From: Botryllus schlosseri
Taxonomy: Eukaryota
Length of the DNA: 64,000 bases
Reading direction: 5' to 3'
Assembly (NCBI GenBank): GCA_051294905.1
Contig: CM119371.1
Coordinates: 40,798,001 to 40,862,000, forward strand
Below the pieces are notes generated by a model. The model saw only the letters and a program-made list of their open reading frames with translations, made no database searches and had not been told where the DNA came from. The translations under genes and the position numbers were made by a program. Every line of letters begins with the position of its first letter. Within the stretch, counting starts at the first letter, position 1. Of this stretch, positions 59,095-64,000 are shown in pieces.

Positions 59095-62000
59095 TGACGT
59101 GAATTTGGATGAGTTGAAACTTTAAATTGTGAAATTTGTGAATGGAAATGGAAGCATTTTTTTCTTTCCAATTTTTGTGATGGCACGAACTAAACAGTAA
59201 CCTATACAGCCCCCGTTCACACGAATGCAACGTAATTGTCTAATAAACCAAATTTGCATTTGGTTAATGCCATTTCGTGACAGGTAACAACTTTACAGAT
59301 GAATAGGTTTAAATTGTTCTTGATCCTAATAGTTGATATCTCAATTTTCACAACTAAAAGTGCGTGAGAGAAAACGAGAATTTGACTATGCATTATCCCT
59401 TCGTAAATTTTTTGTGCGGTTCGGAGTCATTTCAGAATTGGGTATGGAAGGCAAGCAGACACACTGACGGAATATGCGGACTATATAAGTAGTCGCCACT
59501 CGGATCGGATATTTGGTAGCATTTTACACCCAGAGCTCAAACCATATGTATAGCGCGAACGTTCGCCTTTTGTATGCCAAACGCCATGATGTTCGGTAAA
59601 CAACCATAGTAGGCTTCCACATTGAAAGAAGAATCTGAATTTTCGGAATAAACGGTAATCTTAACAATCGCTGTATCACGGTGACATCAAAGTCGCGATG
59701 CTGCATTTGCATATGAATGAAAAATCGAGAAAGTTTGTGTAGTTTATGAAGACGTATATTTATACCGTGGCTTTGACGATTTCCACTCTATTTCAATGGT
59801 CCATGCGACACCTGGAAATATATGACTTGTGGCTGTAGGCTACTATTATGATTTTCAACAATAACCTTTTTTTCGGATTCTGGGCCGATCAAATTGTTGG
59901 TGGGCCTAAAAAAGATGCAGACGAAATTTGACTCGATTTTTACCAGCCGACGCCGCGTTAGAGCCAAATGAAAATTTTTCATTATTGATTTTTTTTTCAA
60001 TTCGACTATCAACCCAATGTAATTGTTATGTTGTACACAAAACGATGCAAAAGAAATTTGACGCAACTCCTGCCCGTAGAAGCGACGTTCTCTTCAATAA
60101 TCCCGGGATTTCCCACCATCGATGCTATTTTTCGGAATCCAAAGCTTTCAACTGCAGTAATATCGCTTGTACCGGTTGGAAGTTAGCAAAAATGATTTTT
60201 AGTTATACATCTTTCTCTTTTGCAGCTCAAATATTTCATGGGGTGACAGTAAAATTTGAGGACAATTTTTTTTAAATAAAATTAAAACTGTAAATTGGCT
60301 CTGCTGCGCCATCGCCTTCGGCTGGTTTTGTTTTGTTTTAGTTTAGTTTTGGATTTATGCATTCATTTTTTAACAACGCTACTGTACAGCGTACAATACG
60401 CTCCTAACTAATACCAAGCATGATTGTCGTTGACAATGGGCATTCGGATATACATTTGAATTTTATACGGTCAAGTGCGAACGGGAAGACTAGTTTCGGC
60501 GGTAAACTTGACTTGCACAACTCAGGAAGCCAAAGTAAATTCTACCAAATAATGTAAGGAATTTCAGTAGAGGTGAGTAAATATGCATGCACACTACAAT
60601 GGAACAGCCGAGGATTTTGGTAAGTTGAAGTCTCTGAAATACCCAGGGTTGAAGTAAAAGTGTTCGCTTACTGGTCCGTTTAGTTATAAAGGGTCTAATT
60701 CCGAAAAGTGAGACTTCCTTTCGATTGGTATCGTACACACATATCTGTTTACATCAAACCGACACATTTAGGAAGGTAACTTTAATCATGAGTCAAAAAA
60801 CTAGCGATACTTTTTACTGCCACAAAGTTATTACGAACCACTGGATGTTCCAGTAATTTCAAATAAATCTGTTGATTCAGTAAAGAGTGGCACGGCATGA
60901 TTTACTAGAGAGTGACATTTATTGCTGTTTGCCAGCGATCAGCGTGTACATATTATGAATGAGTAAGTGTTCTTTTCTTTGTAGTCGCATAAGAGGTACA
61001 TATTTGAACCTCCCTCATCACCAATACTATTCGAGACTGACCTTTCGCGTATGATTTTGATAAATATATTATATCCATATTATCCATATATAATATTCAT
61101 TTGGTCACCACGCTATTTATTATTTTAGTTTCCCGCTAATATACCACAATGAGAAGGTGACTATTGCCTGTTCAAAAACTGCACGTAGGGACGATCGATA
61201 TTGTGGTGTTAAAGATAGTTGCACACTTTTTCACACAGTGAAACCTAACTTTCTGTTTGAGCACCATTTAGCTGAACCGACTATAAGCCTAACCCGATGT
61301 TTCACCCCAACTCAGTCGTTCTTAACCTTTTTACACCGTTACCTTCAAGAAGAAAATGACAGGATGCGATTACCCCTTTTCAAAAAATATCAAGTTAAAG
61401 CTGGCAGTCAATTAATGTTAAAACAATACAACGTGACGTCATAATGTACACTGAAATTCCTGTTAAGAATATCAAGTCAATGTGAAGGCTGATGCTGTTT
61501 TTGTGTTATCCGGTGATCACATAGAGGAAAGGGAATGAGGATAATAGACATCATCTAATGCAATTGTCAATCGTAAACATAATTTTATTATTTCGTTTTG
61601 ATAGATGCCATTGCAGAAAATCCTATTTCACAGCAAGAAGTTGAAGGAAATTAAGTCTGAAAGTTCAATGCCGTTGTGACGAAGATTTGTTATTAATTTT
61701 GAAGGCGAACCCAAAAGTTTCCAATATCGTCCCCTCGTTTTTGGAAGGCATTCTGAGGATGCAAGATCCAATTTTCTGACCAGACTATACCGCTACACTT
61801 TTCAATACTAACAACTATATTTCTACGATATTGTTACTGCCTTATAGGTGTAAAGCTGAACTTGGACGTCCTTTGTTGTATTTCAATGCGTAAAAATATA
61901 TGATCCGTACTACAGCAAAATAAATCGGCCTTCTAGCACTATACTATACTGCATTCGACCATTTTATTCATAATAACTATTGGTTCTGGTTACTATGATA

Positions 62001-62901
62001 TCACAACAGGCATGGTGTGCTAAGTGACACAAAAGATATTTAGCCTACAAGCTTTCACAAACATATGTTAGCCTTCATTCATATTTACGTTTGAAAATAT
62101 TTCCTTGCAGTGTTATAATAATTTATATGAAATGTCGATTTGAATTACCCCCGAAAATTGGTAAATTACCCCAAAAGGATGAGTCGACTATAGACATCCT
62201 ACATGGAGACTGAGCCGTCTCGGTGTTTTCAACTTGATAGCGTTTATTTAAAAGGTTCCCCATCTCAGGTTGTTCAACCTCGTCAAACTCTAGTGATAAT
62301 GCACGTGTACAATACCTGCCCAATTGCAGATCGGAAGCGTATGGAGTTGTAAGTAAAATATTTTATAAGAATTACGACATGGACGTGTATTTCACGTATA
62401 TTTCACGAAATACTGCTCGTAAAACCTCTCTTAAACGATAACAACCACAAGGTTATTACATCAAGGAAATCCGATAACCAACCGGTCGTGACTCATCTTC
62501 TCATTGACTATGCGCCTTCACTAAACTGTAGCTACCGTATTTGCTGATAAGGACTGTCACCCTGAAAGCGATTAACTTAACGTATGCTCGTCAAATGCGG
62601 CGTAATATTAGGTTGTAAACCCAATCGACAGTATCTCAATATGATGGTTGAGTACTTCATCGGCAGGCTTTTATATCGGTAGTTCACCAACTGGTATTTA
62701 ATATCTAGTAAACATTACATACTATAATGAGTATACGAGATCGACCAAATATTGATAATTACTCGATATATCTTCCCATCTAATCAACCAAAAAAATTTC
62801 TGTAGGAGACCTCATTCAGGGCCAATTAACATAGCTCGCGTTTTCGGGAAATGATCACCAACGGCCTGGCATGGCAGGATGGCGCGTTGTTTATTCATCA
62901 A
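59095..62901 (+). repeat. Tandem unit copy 3 (partial)
   Basis: Colinear with 52506-56320. Confidence 0.92.
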
Positions 62902-64000
62902 CAGTGCTGGGATCAAGTCACTACCTTCGAGTCACGAGTCATCTCGAGTCATTGCACAATTTGACTCGAGTCAAGTCAAGTCAATCGATTTTCGAAGGTG
63001 ACTTGAGTCAAGTCAAGTCACTCGTTTTTTGGATGTGACTCGAGTCAAGTCAAGTCAAGTCGAGTCGAGTCACGAGTCAAGTCACAATTCAAGTCAAATT
63101 GAATTTTCGAAGTATCAGTGACGATTCACAGTCATTACAATTGGCTAGCTGTGAGAAAGGCAGAATAATTTGCCATTTATCTTGCATCAAATAACGTGTA
63201 GCGTACCGCTCCATGATTAACCTATAATTACCCTTGCTGGTCACTGATTATGTTACTACTACGTCTTGTTGTGTTGCACTCGTTTATACCAGTCGGCCTT
63301 TCAGTCACCGTCCGCGATACCAGTCGGCTTTTAGTCAGCGTCGGAGGTGCGGTCGTCTTTTAGTCCCCGTCGGACGAGCATCGTCACGTTTTAGTTGTTT
63401 TATTAAAAGAGCAATGCTGACTTGTTTACTTTGACTTATTGAGCCACTGACCAAGAAGAACGCCACCCACGACAGAGCGCGCTATAAACGAATATAAAGT
63501 TTTATATGCTTGCAAGAAGGCGCTGTGTCTATCACGCACACGTAGAACCGCAAATAAACTACGTGACTAACTGTATAGCTATGCTACAGACTGTTAATAT
63601 CAGCCAATAGGATCGAATACGAAGCCTCGAGAAGTTGTAACAAATTGATATGGTGCAATACATTACCATCTACACATCCGTGAGAAAACAAATGCATCAA
63701 TTATATTCGCCAGATTTAAATCATAAAAGAGGGTTGGTAAAGGTGATCACTGGGCAATGTTAGCACACGTTGCTATTATATTCTTATTCTTCTACTAATG
63801 CTACTAATACGACAACGTAACCTGTGATAATTTCGCTTGTGATCAATGTATTTGTGATGCAATAATGGAGGATCATTCAAACGTACATTCAGTGAATGCC
63901 TGGCTACTTTCACAAGTGACACAAGCGTATCGAGAACAATACGAACATACACGAAATACAGTGATTTATTTGATACCGTTTATACTTGATGACTTGAAAT
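62902..64000. mobile_element. Left part of a hAT-like element with GAGTCAAGTC subterminal repeats
   Basis: Homology to copy 2 breaks at CAGTGCTGGGATCAAGTC, followed by a dense AGTC repeat array; the other end is not in the window. Confidence 0.6.

Overview
Eukaryotic (probably animal) genomic DNA with no confidently identifiable host gene. The background is a tandem array of a ~6.6-kb unit: copy 1 at 1278-52505, copy 2 at 52506-59094 and copy 3 from 59095. Copy 1 has been inflated to ~51 kb by insertions, and copies 2 and 3 preserve the matching empty sites. The main insertion is a nest of three Polinton/Maverick-family elements, each with AGTAGT...ACTACT termini and its own 6-bp TSD. (A) is a ~1.1-kb non-coding mini-Polinton (6931-38115, TSD GACGTC). 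(B), inserted in A's left TIR, is a ~14-kb element that is one giant palindrome (7261-37344, TSD CTCGCG; 6702-bp arms, 339-bp spacer) whose only recognisable gene is a tandem OB-fold RPA/SSB-like protein. (C), inserted in B's right-arm copy of that gene, is a 15.8-kb Polinton (20160-35973, TSD CACGTC, 1115-bp TIRs). C encodes the OB-fold protein, a possible Bcl-2-like protein, pPolB, packaging ATPase, integrase-chromodomain, three penton paralogues, MCP and protease. Its pPolB is an uninterrupted ~1200-codon ORF, but the Exo I and polymerase A/B/C catalytic motifs are substituted and the C-terminus looks truncated, while the N-terminal OTU-like Cys/His and all other core genes look intact. A fourth family member ends at 830. 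Many hAT-, piggyBac- and Mutator-like MITEs with readable TSDs are also present. All family assignments come from motif recognition by eye; no database search was run.
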